Program-made: the position numbers and the translations under genes
The notes under the pieces: generated by a model
What the model was told of the DNA's origin: nothing
What the model saw: the letters and a program-made list of their open reading frames with translations, nothing else
The model's database searches: none
Part shown: positions 1 to 12,777 of the stretch, piece after piece
Layout: every line of letters starts with the position of its first letter
Position numbering within the stretch: position 1 is the first letter of the stretch
DNA from: Zancudomyces culisetae HAW-14-8
Lineage: Eukaryota > Fungi > Kickxellomycota
Direction: 5' to 3'
NCBI GenBank assembly: GCA_052426225.1
Contig: JBNJNM010000014.1
Location: forward strand, 62,001 to 126,000
Length of the DNA: 64,000 bases

Positions 1-628
1 GGAATTGGAATTGGGCACAATGCAAAATTTGTGCAGTTGTAAAGAAAAAAAAATTCAGTGCAATTAACCTTGTCTACACAAGGACAATTTTTGCAATAGG
101 GAAAATTTTGTTCTTTGCTTTATCTTTTAATATTAAAGAGCATTAATTAGAGTATTATTAAATGAAATCATTGTAAAAGTAACACGAGTCCATTTTTTTG
201 TCAATTCGCTTTGTAACAATACGTTGGGTACCAACGGAAAACAATAAATATTTGAAAACAACTTGGCTATTAAAGTAATATTAGCACTTGAATCTTAAGC
301 ATAACATAGCAAACCGACTCTTTATTTTTTATTTTTTATTTTTTTTTAGTTGAACAAATCATTCCCAAAGATTTCAAATTAGGACGAGGAACAGGAAAAA
401 AGATAAAGTGGAAAATTAGAGTGTAAAAAAAAGGAGGCATATTGTACACATACATCAGTATCGATACTAGTATTCATTATCGACTAAAGGACGTTAGAAA
501 CAAGGTATATATAAAAAAAAGTGGGGGCATGGGGAGCAAAAGTTGCAAACTAGAAGAAAGAAAGATAAAGATAAAGAATCAACAAGAAATATAGAAATAG
601 AACAACAAGACAAGAAAATAGATAAATA

Positions 629-2358
629 ATGTCAAGTCAACAACAGAAACAAAAAAAAACACAAGAAATGTACGAAGGCAGGCTAGAGCTTTTTGTAATA
701 CAGGGCAAGGGGATGCCTACAAGCGATCGGTTCTCGAAAAAAAACACATTTGTCGAGCTGGTTATAGGAAGCGTGATGAAACGGACGCTGACATCAAACA
801 AGGGTGGCAATGCACCGCGGTGGAATGATCGGATTACGTTTAAAATCGCAGGAGTTGGGAAAGCTTCGATGCTTGTGAGGATTATGGAGGTTGGAAAGAT
901 TGGAGGGGATGGGATTTGTTCGGGAATCGTTGATTTGCGAAAAGTGTTTGAAATGGAAGAATATGATGGTAAGGAGAATCTATTCACTTTTTTCCTTTAC
1001 TTTTCTTTCTGTTTGTTTTTCTGTGTTGGAAACTATATTAAAGTGGATTTTTTTTTTAAATTTTGTATTGTAAATGTGTACATGTAGCTTGGATTCCACT
1101 TAGCAAGAAGGATAGCCCGGCAGGTTCAGTTTATATAGAATTTACATTTACACCAAAGGTAATTGATTGAAAACAACAGACTCTACTACTACTACTACTA
1201 CTACTAGTATTAATAATAATGGTGATAAAAAGGCTGATAAATAAATAAAACTTGAAATGTAAATAGGGAGGTAGAAAAAGACCGAGTATAGTTCAACAAC
1301 TCAAAGACCTGACGATTGTGCCAACTACTGAACCTACACCACTACTGGAAAGTAGGAGTCAAGTAATGACAGGCGCTTCTGCACCACCACCACCACCGCC
1401 ATCACAGTTACAGTTACAATTGCAGCCGCAAACACAAGCACAGATACAAACACAATCTCAACCTTTACAACCATCTACACGACCGTTTTTACGGCGACCA
1501 TTACCACCACAATTACAACAACAACAGTACGAACAACAACAGTACGAACAACAACAGTATGAACAACAACAGTATGAACAGTTACATCAACAGCAACGAC
1601 AACAAGAATTACAGATGGCTACGGGAGAACCAGTAGAGTATTATTCCGACTATGTAGAGTATGCCGAGTATGCAGATGGAATGCAGTTTTATGACGAAGC
1701 ATCATCCACACTACACTACGACGATCAAGTATACAATGTGTATTCGTCAGCCAGCACTATAAAACCACTGCCCCAGAAACCTGGTGGTACATACCAATAC
1801 CAATACCAACAACAACAACAACAACAACAACCTCAACAACAACCTCAACAATCCCAACATCAATACCAACATCAACACCAACATCAATACCAAAATCAAC
1901 ATCAACTTCAACATCAACTTCAACATCAACCAGAATATGAAGCTACAAGTTATCAGCTTGATTCCGAGCTGCACTACGACCCAGAATCCTTTGATTACAC
2001 CTACGAAAACTACCCACACTCGCCTGATGCCACGTATACTGACATGTATGCGCCTCCCGAGCAATCGCGTGTTTATCCGTACAACTCGCTGCGTGGTATG
2101 CCAGCCTACCACAAACTGCTACCGCCTGTTCCTCCCATTTCCGCACCTCCACAACGGCCTCTACCGCCGCCACCAGGTGCGTATCCATCCGACTTGTATT
2201 ACGATCTGCCTACCCAGCCGCCTATTGATCCTTTCCGCTGCTACGATGTAAACACTCAGCCTTCTGCTCCTCCACTGCTCTACAATCCGGATGAACATTC
2301 GAATTCTCCCAATTCTTCTACTTTTTCCCACTATCAACACCAACACACTTCATTTTAG
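629..2358 (+). CDS. C2-domain protein with Gln/Tyr/Pro-rich tail, Fic1/Inn1-like; 3 exons join(629..968,1088..1158,1267..2358), ~500 aa
   Basis: The N-terminal C2 pattern (GRLELFVIQGKGMP...TSNKGGNAPRWNDRITF) is completed in frame across GTAAGG..TAG and GTAATT..TAG introns by AWIPLSKKDSPAGSVYIEFTFTPK. Exon 3 is in frame with ORF 1318..2358, which has PxxP motifs (RRPLPP, RPLPPPP) as in Inn1/Fic1. Confidence 0.8.
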
Positions 2359-2646
2359 AGTCCTTTTTGTGTTTTTATTTCTCCCAAAATATATTTATTC
2401 ATTCTCTTATTATTTATACATTATTTCTCTATACCCTTGGTCTTAACCCCTCCTCAAAATTCTACATAGTTCATAACCCCCCCCCCCCCCACTTGGTAAA
2501 TTACTCTTCCTCCAAACAATGTAAATCAAAACAAACCCACCAAAAAAAGTTTAAAAAAAAAACAGGGGGTCTAACAAACAAACGTGAAAAAAAAATATAC
2601 TCCTTCCCCCCATCCCAGCCAACTTCATCATAAACCCAACACAAAT

Positions 2647-3228
2647 TTAGTTTGACGAATTACGGAGCTTGGACAGCCGTTCCTCTAGCGCATCTTCATT
2701 TGCAAATTTCTGTTTAGGAACAGAGGCATTCAGCAGCTCGTTGTTGACTTCCAGTCCCGCCTCATCCGCAACCTTCTGCAGCAACAAATCCACTTCATCT
2801 TGGGGTGTGCCTAGGGCCGTTGCTCCCTTGATGCTGCTTTCCATATATCCGGTTTGTACATCGAGATCTTCAATCCGCTCCTCAAAACGGTCCATAATCT
2901 GCGACATTTTTTCCAAGTTCATGGTTTCCATCGCCCGCTCCATTCCCTTTACGACAACGCCCATCGATGCGGTCAATTTGCCCATTGTGTTGGCTGTCTG
3001 CAAGCGACTTGCCATTGCCTCGACGCGGCTCGAAAACTGTAGCAAATCGATTGCCTCGCGTTTTTTGCGGATTGCATTCTCGGCGTAGATCCGGGCGGAT
3101 TCTCGATTGCCCTTTTGCATGCTAGTTTTGAGTTTCTGCAGCTCCTTTTTTTCTTCCTTTTCGGCTTTTCTGGATTGTTTTTGTAGGAGTTTGGCCTGGA
3201 ATTTGATGTTGAATATACTATTGTCCAT
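2647..3228 (-). CDS. DID2: ESCRT-III associated protein Did2/CHMP1/Vps46
   Basis: Snf7-family helical protein with ARIYAENAIRKK, MDRFE..EDLDVQTGYME, TPQDEVDLLLQKVADEAGLE and C-terminal MIM1-like LEERLSKLR. Confidence 0.93.
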   Translation of the reverse strand: MDNSIFNIKFQAKLLQKQSRKAEKEEKKELQKLKTSMQKGNRESARIYAENAIRKKREAIDLLQFSSRVEAMASRLQTANTMGKLTASMGVVVKGMERAMETMNLEKMSQIMDRFEERIEDLDVQTGYMESSIKGATALGTPQDEVDLLLQKVADEAGLEVNNELLNASVPKQKFANEDALEERLSKLRNSSN

Positions 3229-5578
3229 TTTTCTTTCTATTCGAGTCGTTTGTTTTGTTAATGTAAAATGATTTTGGTTGTTGCGAGTATTGTTAGTATT
3301 ATTATTATAATTTGGGTTGTAAAATAGTACTGTACAATATTAATTTTTTATTTTCATATATTAAAATTTGCGAGTTTTGTAACCTAAAAATCCTTCCACC
3401 AAGTCATTACTTTTTTTTTTTTGGCCACATTTTATAAACACGTAGCTCTTTTTTTAGTTTTTTAGCTTTTTAACTTTTCAGTTTTTTAGCTTTTCATGTG
3501 TGGAGAAATTAGTGAAATGAACCAAAAACTTCAAAAAAAAAACAACAAATTACCTAATATATTTTTTAATACCTCAAAAAAAAACGGTCTTGGCGTTTGG
3601 GTTCCTCCCTCTCTCACTGTTTCCCTCTCCCCACCCCCCCAAAAAAAAGTATGGCTCAGACCAGAAACTCGATAACAAAAAAATGCAATGTAAATAAAAA
3701 GGTATGAGTATTACCAGTATAGTTTTTCTTATTTATTTAACACACCACAGCTTCATTTGTAAATATAGACATTCTCAATCTGGGGTTCTGGGGACTACAA
3801 CGCTGGTCTAAAAGACAACTGTTAGCAGCCCCATCTTGACTCTTTTTCTTTCTTTTTCTTTCTTTCTTTCAAGGTATTTTTATATTACAATCTACAAATC
3901 TTTGAGGATTATTGTAAACTCGACACATAATAGATAGTGCCTCGATGAGCAAGTTTTGGAATCTGAACAGTGAAAATAGTGATGTATATACACTCTCCTC
4001 TATATTGCTGGTTAATACGAAATTTTCTCCGTATGATATCTTGTGCCATTACTTTTCATGCTTTTTATTATACTACAAAAAACAGGAATAAAAAAATAAA
4101 GAACTGTCTTGCGCTCAGTCAGGACCCATAATATTGGGTTCAATCACTGAGCTGGTCACTGTTATTATCTTTTGCTTTTTTTTTTTTGGCAAACTTGAGA
4201 GGTCGGCATTCTGACTTTGTAATGTTGGTTATTACTCACCCGCCTATATTATTTATACACACACAAACTTTCAATTTCCAAGTTTTGTGGTTTTTTGAAT
4301 AATAAAAGTCGTCTCAGTTCAAAACTACTTATACATTCAATTAGAAAAGAGCATAATAATGTTGGTTATAAAGCAGTATGGTACAAAACTGATAATTCTT
4401 ACACCACCATACTCTAGGCTAAGGAGTGAGGAAAAAAAAAAGAGCATAAACAGCTTGTTGATAGTGATTTATTACCGCCTCTCCCCTCCCTCCGCTCTCT
4501 GGTTTGTCTACAACCCCAGCTGCATGTACATTTGCGTTACTACATTATCAATTGGGGAGAGGTGGGAGAGGGGCATATCACAAAAAAGTACACGACAAAT
4601 TCTCACTCACTCTTATTTTATTCACATTTTCTATCCTTATTTCTGAGGTTCTTTTATATTGCCTTAACACTTCACGTCTAAACCACAAACATAACATAAA
4701 ATACAAATTTTCCAAGACGAAAAAGTTGGTTGAAACCGGAGTACACCGAGAAATAGAAAATAAATGTTCCAGTATCAACACACTATGCTCACCAATGTTT
4801 GATAGTAGTCGCATATATATTATTCCTCCTCTTCTACTTTTACTATTTGATTTATGGTATGGACCCAAAAAACGTTAAAATATGATCTACTTTTTAATTA
4901 TTATTATGGCAAACTCTATTTTGTCGAATCCAAAATATTTAGTGCAACTACCAAGTATCGAATAAGTATTCTTTTTTCTCCCCAGTGATATTGAATAAGT
5001 GGTGTTAACTTTCAAGATGACATGCGCAATACCCAACATAAGGAAATACTAGACGACTAACAAAGAGTGACAGAATATATAATTTTTTCGAATATAAATA
5101 TGTATGTGGGTTTGTGAAGGCAAACCCATGTATTATTTGGATGATCGAACGAAGATGTAAAACCGTAAAAAAATCTACCTACTCGTAAATTGTTAGTATA
5201 TCATGGGAATTTTAACCTATCCAATAACTTTTCATTCACGATGGTAACATCATCTAAACAACACTCATATCCACCCATAGCGTTGCTGGTTTAAAATAGC
5301 AACACTTTTGAGTATCATAAGAACAATAAATATTATTAATACAATCACATTACTAAGTTGGACTTGTTTCCAACAAAGTGAAATAGTAAAAAATACCTGA
5401 CAGAAAATTCTTTTTCTTAAAGAATACTTGTACAACTCGATATTAATGATTATGCTAGATAGATATCAAAATAAGATAACGTATCATTATAGAAGCTCTA
5501 CAATAACTACTAACAAATAACCAATATAATAATAACAAAAGTAGACACAATATCATCAGGGAAATAAAATACATTATA

Positions 5579-6614
5579 ATAAACAAGGGGTCGCAAGTAC
5601 ACAACAACATATTGGAATGTATTGGATAGACACCACTGGTAAAGCTAGATCGCTTTGCAAAATCTGAAGGATTGGAATGCGACCTTTATGTCAGCTGTGA
5701 GTATTTTAACCCGGATGGATCAATCAAGGATTGAGTTGCATTGCGCATATTAACCGAAGTCAAAAGAAAAGTAATTCTGAAGTCAGGAATCAGCATTCTA
5801 ATAGAACCAGCCTCGTGAAATACTGAGGTAGGACTAGCACTAATTTAAGTTCTAGGGTATATCGATGGATAAACACATTATCCAAAAGGATGAAACTTGA
5901 AAAAGCCAGCACACTGAAGGCATTGGGTGCCAAAATAATTACAACACCAAATGATGCACCAGAGTCGCATATGAGTGTTGCAAATCGACTAAGTAAAAAA
6001 ATCAAAGACTCGGTAATCCTTAGCCAATAAGATAGCTCCAAAAAACCCACTGGCAAACTACAAAACCACAGCCGTAGAAATTCTAGATGCCTTGGATGTT
6101 GGAAAGGATGGTGGCAGCAACAAGATACACATGTTTGTTGCGGGTACAGGTACAGATGCGCGTAGAACAGTTTTAGGCGCTGGTTGTAGAGTCAAGGAGC
6201 AGTGTCCAGGTTGTTTTATGATTGGTGCTGGCGCAGAAGAGGTCTTTTATAGCAACTCCAGATAATACTGATTCGACAATACTCAAACTATTTTTGGTTA
6301 AAGGAATTGGAAAAAATTCCATTACCAGAACAATGGATCACAACATTGTTGATACGTGGGTAAAATATAGTAATAAAGATAAATTCCCTATGGTGAGCAA
6401 ATTGATACGCGAGGAGAAAGTTCTGTGTGGTGGCTCATCAGGAGCAGCAATGCATGCAGCCGTCAAAACAGTTAGAGCAAAGGGGTTGGGTGCAGGCAAG
6501 AAATGTGTGGTGATGCTGCCAGGTTCAATAAAAAATTATATGAGCAAGTTTTTGGATGAAAAGTGGTTGCTTAATAGCAAAATTACAGAGAAGATTCCAT
6601 TTTTTGAGCGCTAG
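5579..6614 (+). pseudogene. CYS4: Cystathionine beta-synthase pseudogene (catalytic domain only)
   Basis: Reads INKGSQVHNNILECIG*TPLVKLDRFAKSEGLECDLYVSCEYFNPDGSIKD*VAL...EPAS*NT..., continuing through frameshifts to LCGGSSGAAMHAAV...KNYMSKFLDEKW. Collinear with the intact gene at 38199..39984, with several stops and no ATG. Confidence 0.9.
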
Positions 6615-7435
6615 GCAGCTATTTTGGTTTTTTTCTGTCATTAAAAAGGGTAGTATGTATCAGTGGTAGCAGAAAATCGAGAGAAGGGTGTAGGAAAAAG
6701 TATTAAATTGTGAGGAGTGGATGTATCTAGGTGTGTTGAACAGGTTTTATAGTTTATGATTTATCGGAAAGTGTTTAGTTTATATTTATAGATAATACCC
6801 AATAAACATATTAGCAAATACATATGGTGAATAAAATGGTAAAAAGCGGCACGGATTGTATCAAGCGGATAGAGATATACTTGGCTACGACAAGACTAGA
6901 TTTTGATTTCTACAAGTTGTAAACGAATCTGTGTTATGTGTTATTGGGGCATAAAGTAAGTGATGAAATCGTCAGCAATGAACCCATAGTAATGACACTT
7001 GAATTTGATCCGGAAATAAGCATCTCATCCAGCTTTCTTCTGGGTCTGGAATCCCTAGAAGGGTGGATTGGAATTGGTTAGAGAAATGTTAAATATAATC
7101 ACTTTTTTAATCATTAGCAAATTCATCTAGAAACTCACAAAAAAGCATGGATCATTGGACTGGAGTTGGGCCAATTGTTCTAGTCTGATGTTTAATTCCA
7201 ATGAGTATCCAATAATATCAAGATTTTTTGTTGATTTTTTCAAATTACGCAGCAAATTGCCACTTAAACCCAAGTTTAGGAATTGAATAAAAAGATCAAA
7301 AACCAGGAAAAAAAACAGTATAAAACCAACAAGATCTGTTATTCGGAGCTTCTTCAATTTGGCCGCATTACATTAATACATTAACGGATACATCAGATCA
7401 GAAGGTAGGAATAAGAATATCCAACTTCCGGCACA

Positions 7436-10400
7436 ATGAATAACAATGGTAGCGACGTTTTCAACAAACTTCCGGCACATATCCTATCAACTATATTCAC
7501 ACTCGCACTAAACCCCCAGCTATCACTACTAAACAAAAATATGTACTACGCCTCGCAACAAGTGAACACTATTAGCAAGTACATTATTGAATACGTTTTA
7601 CTAGACACAGAATATGGCCACCAATGGGCGTTGGAAATTATTCTCAAGAAATACGCTAGAATAGGTATGAATGAGACCGTTGGAATGCTGATTTTGAGAA
7701 AAATGAAAAAAATGAACTACAAAACGATTCTAGAGCTGGCTCTAAAACATAAGTGGAAGAACATACTAAATGAATCGCTAAAAATGTACATGGTCATTGA
7801 TCGGAAGACTTCAACGGTTGTATACATGAACACCTTATCTATAAACAATAAAGAATGTTTGGATATTGATACAAATGATCTGTTTTCAGATTTAGACAGA
7901 CGTCTAATAGATCTTACTGATATCAAAATTTCTGACTCCCTTTATATCAGGCCATCATTAGCCACAGTAAGAAGATCATTATTAATTATATCAAAATTAT
8001 TCCACGATACCAGAGCAAATATGGCTATCGAGGCATTGATTGATGCCTGTAACGCAAGGATTGAGATTCCTCCTGAAATATGTGGCGCTTTTGACAGAGA
8101 AATTAGGTTTGTTGATAGCAAACATATGATATATTATCTGTTGATATGTGCATATAAATGCTGCGAATCGAACAATTTTAAACAACTAAAGCGGATTTTA
8201 GATTTAAAAATAAACACAACTCTTTCTATTGAGGAGATGGAATTGCTTAGATATACAAAATTATTTTCAATTGATAAAACCTTCTTTAGTTTTATCAAGA
8301 ACGGTGAATATAAGTCCAAAATGGAATTGTGGATCTATATGCTTTGTTCATGCTATTCAATTGAACAGGATAAAAAAGAGTTGATAAAATTCCTTGAGGA
8401 TAACTACCCAGATATTACATATACACAACTCCTGTTTGATGCAGCAATACTTAACAATAGTGAGAGTTTGGTAAAGAAGTATTTCTGTAAAGTAGAACCA
8501 AACTCAGGAGATATCAGAAAAATAACAGAAATGATGTACAGAAGTGATAGTCTCGATCTTTTAAAATTTCTTTTAAGCAACAGTGATAAATTGAAGAATG
8601 ATTTGAATGAAAATGCATTGCTGATGGCTATAAAACATTACAACTACGAATTGGTGCAAGAAATTTGCAGTAAGTACCCAAATGCCATGAGTGTTTCCTG
8701 TTTAGAGAATGCAGTGGGAAGTGGAGATGTCAGAGTTGCTAAAATACTTTTCGCATCTGGGGTGGATCTATTCTCGCCAGAATTCAGGGGAATCAGCATG
8801 TCTATAGAAAGAAAAAATATAGATATGCTGCGACTATTATTGGAAAGTGGTGCTTCCTTAGGACCAACGGCTCAAAGTAGTATTGAAAGGCTGTGTAGTA
8901 TCAAAAATTATGAAATAGCAGAACGACTATTAGAGCTCTTTGATAAAGGTACAGGTGAAAGTAAAGGTAAAGATAAAGGTAAAGGTAAAGGCAAAGGCAA
9001 AGGTAAAGGTAAAGGCAAAGGCAAAGGTAAAGGTAAAGGCAAAGGCAAAGGTAAAGGTGGGGTTAAATCCAAAACTTCAGAAAGCATTGTCAAGGTTAGA
9101 AAGAGGCTGAGGTTTAGTAAAACAATGCTATGTCTCACTGAAGTTTGTCAACCTTATGTGCGACTTTCTACCTACCGTAATGACACGTTTGCGAGTGTAC
9201 TCCAACAATTGGATCGATACGAAGAAATAACGGTGCTTTTCAATTCAATGAGGAAAAATACGACCGACTATTTTTATTCGTATTGCAAAGTTTTTTTTGC
9301 TTATAGTCGTATGAACTACGCCGAGAGAGCTTGTTATGATAAATTGCTTGATATTGCTCGCTATATTGTTGAAAATGATCTTCATAGTACATTCGAAAAT
9401 ATTCAATATGATCAAGCCGACGGGTACGGATATGAGAACGATATTGAGCTGTTGAATGATAGACATTATGAGCTAGTAAAATCAGAGTTGGTAAACCGAA
9501 ATTTTGAAATACTGAAACTATTGATAGAATATGGACTGGATGTTAATTCGCACAATAATTTGATCTTGAAAACAGCATACAAGGCGGGTGATATTAGTTG
9601 GATAGATTACTTTATCAGTAAAGGTGCAAGGCTTAATGGTGGGTCGGATGGGTTTGAAGAGGCATGCAAATCATATACAACTGAAGTATTAAAGCATTGG
9701 ATAAGGAATGGTGGCGTGATACCCAAGAATCCAGGTTATCCTTGTATTAACATGGCATGTTTACTGGGTGACTTTAATATGATTAAATTATTGATAGAGG
9801 GTGGAGTTGATTTGAGTAACCCAGAACGGAATGGAACCAGGATTGCATGTAGACTGGGTCTCAAAACGACACTTGAATATCTCTTGGATAATATCGCTGT
9901 AGTGGGTGATATTTGTAGGTATCAATTAGAATATGCGTGTATTAGTAGAAATGTTCGACTAGTAAAGATGATTCTAGAGTATTATGATGGTTTGGGAGTA
10001 TTGGAAAAAAGGGAAAACATAAATACGAAGGATGGAGGAGAGCTACAATCCGATTTGTTTGTGAGTAATGAAAACACTGTGTATATCGAAGAATACGAGG
10101 TTACAAAAACCTTGCTTGAAAGGGGTGAGCCTATTTTGAACAGCGATTTGTATTATGGGATAAAGGCGGCAGTTGCAACAGCCAATATTGAAATACTGAA
10201 AGTATTGCTAGCCTACAAGATCGATAGCAGTGGTTATTCAGAAATAATAGAATTTGATGTCCAATTGGGAAATACTGAGGTGGTAAGCCTGCTTTTAGAG
10301 CACGGATTCAGTGTCAAAGACAACCTTAATATCATAGAAATAGCACCTCAAACAAAGAATGATAATGTTGTCAGATTACTATTGCAACATGGTGCAAAAA

Positions 10401-10954
10401 TACAGGGATATTCACAACTTTTATTAGATTGTTTTAATTTAGACGATATTGAAGCACTACAGCTATTGTTAAACTGCTCTGCGCTTTACGACACTTCGTT
10501 GTTAATCCAAACCGCTTTAATGAAAAATAAGACCGAAGCGACTAGGGTGATTCTGAAAGATATTCATACTCTTAAAGGTAACAGATTTGATTTAGTCTAC
10601 CTCGCCTGTAGAAAAAACAATGTGGATATTCTAAAACTGTTGTTTGAAAAGGGAGCAGAGGTAAAAAAAGGACAAAAGAGTGGGGCGATTCAGGCTTGTA
10701 GAAACAATAATTTGGAAATGTTAAAGCTTCTACTTGAAAAGAATCCAAAATTGCTACTAAAAAGAGATTACGGGCTAAAAGAAGCATGCAATCATAAAAA
10801 CATAGAAATGATCAAGCTGCTGATTAATCATGGTGGTGATGCAAGTTCGCACATTGTGTCGATCATGAATATTGGTAACGAACTAGGTTATACCGATTTG
10901 GGTGAGCTTTGTGAATATAATGCGAGGAAGTTTAAAAAAACAAAGAGGTCATAG
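7436..10954 (+). CDS. Large ankyrin-repeat protein with N-terminal F-box-like motif, 1172 aa
   Basis: Long intact ORF with many ankyrin-type units (e.g. ACRKNNVDILKLLFEKGAEV, ACLLGDFNMIKLLIEGGVDL). The N-terminus FNKLPAHILSTIF resembles the F-box LPxEILxxIF start. Confidence 0.85.
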   Translation: MNNNGSDVFNKLPAHILSTIFTLALNPQLSLLNKNMYYASQQVNTISKYIIEYVLLDTEYGHQWALEIILKKYARIGMNETVGMLILRKMKKMNYKTILELALKHKWKNILNESLKMYMVIDRKTSTVVYMNTLSINNKECLDIDTNDLFSDLDRRLIDLTDIKISDSLYIRPSLATVRRSLLIISKLFHDTRANMAIEALIDACNARIEIPPEICGAFDREIRFVDSKHMIYYLLICAYKCCESNNFKQLKRILDLKINTTLSIEEMELLRYTKLFSIDKTFFSFIKNGEYKSKMELWIYMLCSCYSIEQDKKELIKFLEDNYPDITYTQLLFDAAILNNSESLVKKYFCKVEPNSGDIRKITEMMYRSDSLDLLKFLLSNSDKLKNDLNENALLMAIKHYNYELVQEICSKYPNAMSVSCLENAVGSGDVRVAKILFASGVDLFSPEFRGISMSIERKNIDMLRLLLESGASLGPTAQSSIERLCSIKNYEIAERLLELFDKGTGESKGKDKGKGKGKGKGKGKGKGKGKGKGKGKGKGGVKSKTSESIVKVRKRLRFSKTMLCLTEVCQPYVRLSTYRNDTFASVLQQLDRYEEITVLFNSMRKNTTDYFYSYCKVFFAYSRMNYAERACYDKLLDIARYIVENDLHSTFENIQYDQADGYGYENDIELLNDRHYELVKSELVNRNFEILKLLIEYGLDVNSHNNLILKTAYKAGDISWIDYFISKGARLNGGSDGFEEACKSYTTEVLKHWIRNGGVIPKNPGYPCINMACLLGDFNMIKLLIEGGVDLSNPERNGTRIACRLGLKTTLEYLLDNIAVVGDICRYQLEYACISRNVRLVKMILEYYDGLGVLEKRENINTKDGGELQSDLFVSNENTVYIEEYEVTKTLLERGEPILNSDLYYGIKAAVATANIEILKVLLAYKIDSSGYSEIIEFDVQLGNTEVVSLLLEHGFSVKDNLNIIEIAPQTKNDNVVRLLLQHGAKIQGYSQLLLDCFNLDDIEALQLLLNCSALYDTSLLIQTALMKNKTEATRVILKDIHTLKGNRFDLVYLACRKNNVDILKLLFEKGAEVKKGQKSGAIQACRNNNLEMLKLLLEKNPKLLLKRDYGLKEACNHKNIEMIKLLINHGGDASSHIVSIMNIGNELGYTDLGELCEYNARKFKKTKRS
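8963..9058 (+). repeat. In-frame hexanucleotide repeat (AAAGGY)n encoding (KG)n
   Basis: About 16 copies of AAAGGT/AAAGGC (one AAAGAT) inside the ankyrin ORF. Confidence 0.95.
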
Positions 10955-12663
10955 TTGTGTAGAATACCGAGTTTCTATTAAAAATTGAGTTTATAATACA
11001 ATTTTATTTGGATCGAGTGTAACAAAGAATATGAATCCGATGGAGAGTATGGCTTAACTCACCGATAATATGTTTAGCTGAATAGAATGATACCCCGTTC
11101 ATTTCCTGCTCATACCAAGACCAAAAGATGATGAAAAATCAAAAGAATTTAAAGAACATTAGTTATACTTGGTTTAAACTCATTTTCAGTTTAACCGCCA
11201 ACCTTCATTGAGTTGTACTAGTCGGTAAAAATGAGTTTATATGAACACTTTTAATTAAAAGTAAAGTATAACAGTCCGATTATTTCACAGTATAAATTTG
11301 AGATATAACCAAAATATTAAGGGCAAATTTAAACTAACCCTGTCCTGCAACAACAAAATCAAAAACACAAGTTGAACATTTCTATAATTATTGTTCTTTT
11401 TTACTTTAAACATTTTAATATAACGAGTTCAAGAATCAAGTAGTACATCTTTTTGTAGACATATTCTGCGAGTAAATGACATTTTTATACGGCTTTTGTC
11501 GTTCTAGATGGTATTGGGTTCGGTTATTTTATTCCAGTGAGTCTACTTGCTCATATTTTTATTATATTGAAAAAGGTTGTTAAGATTGGAGAGATTTAGT
11601 TGTATGCAATGATTTTACAAATTGAGTTTTCTGTAGTGTGTATTCACTCTAGCTCTGAACTTACTCTTTCACTTTTTTTATTTTCTTGTGTGTCTGTGGT
11701 AGTAGAATATCGTAACATTTATCCAACACTTGAATAATTAGTAAATATTCGGTAATTAATGATAATTATCCGTTTATGCTTGCTCAATAATGAATAGTTT
11801 GAGTTTTATATATAGTATATATTTAAAGATTATTGGGTTTCTGGATTTTTTACCCAGATCCAATGAAAATATCAGAATACCCTTGTTCAATAGATTTTAA
11901 CTCACACATTCGTATTTGTCATATGTAGTAGTAAGTTCCGTTCTTTTTACAAATAGTGTTTAATGTAACTTTCAAACCGTTTGACCTTTCTAGTTCTTTT
12001 CTATGACTCTGCAGTCCGAAACTTGAAATCTTGAATTTTTCTGTCTTTGACTTCCTAATTGTCAAAAATACAATTGGAAAATATCCGCTTAATCTGTTTG
12101 TTTTTCCTTGGAGGTTTGCTAATATTGCTATACCAATTAATTATATTTTTATTACAAAAACACTTTATTATATTAATAAAATAACTATGCTAATTATGTA
12201 ATCGGAAAAGCATCAAGCAACTGGTAAATTACTCCGAAATAAAAATATTTGAGGAGTTTTCGCCTAGCAAAATTCTCTTTGTCCAATAGAATGGTAAGCG
12301 TAGGTATAATACACTTTTTAATAATAACCCGGGTGATCTAGTCAGTTTATTTATCCAAATGGTATCTTACGTTATCCGGATTAATTAATTAAAAAATACT
12401 GATAGTATATATATCAGACCATTATTCCAGCGTGTAATAGCTTGTATTCGTAAATTCAACCAACTTGAGGGATACTAAATAGACCACTTTGTTAATCATA
12501 GCTATAGAAAATAAAAATAAACTTTTCTTTAATTAGATAGTGTCTTCCGAAAAGATAGTAGTTATGTGATGTCTAATTTTAGTTGTCGTCTCATTGTGCA
12601 GCTATTTTTAGTATTAGTATATTAAACCATCTTGCAGTTTCTGGATTATACTTTACACCAAAA

Positions 12664-12670
12664 TATATAA
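12664..12670 (+). promoter_or_regulatory. Probable TATA box of the secreted protein gene at 12778
   Basis: TATATAA 114 bp upstream of the ATG; similar spacing at the other secreted genes. Confidence 0.45.
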
Positions 12671-12777
12671 AAAGAAAGGGTTTCCTTGGATATTTAGTCT
12701 CATTATTCTAATATCATTTAGTGTTTCGTTCATTAAAATACACTTTAAACACATTTAAAAATAATTTGCATATCAAC

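Noticed and set aside
5107-5128. Hairpin TGGGTTTG-N6-CAAACCCA
   Set aside because: Short stem, no adjacent CTRR end or other Helitron/MITE features.
5579-6614. RIP-type mutation as cause of pseudogenisation or arm divergence
   Set aside because: Changes include many transversions and indels, with no evident directional CpA>TpA excess by eye.
7423-7479. 13-bp direct repeat AACTTCCGGCACA flanking the ankyrin start codon
   Set aside because: Only 31 bp between copies with no element inside; could be a small local duplication or chance, not a supportable target-site duplication.
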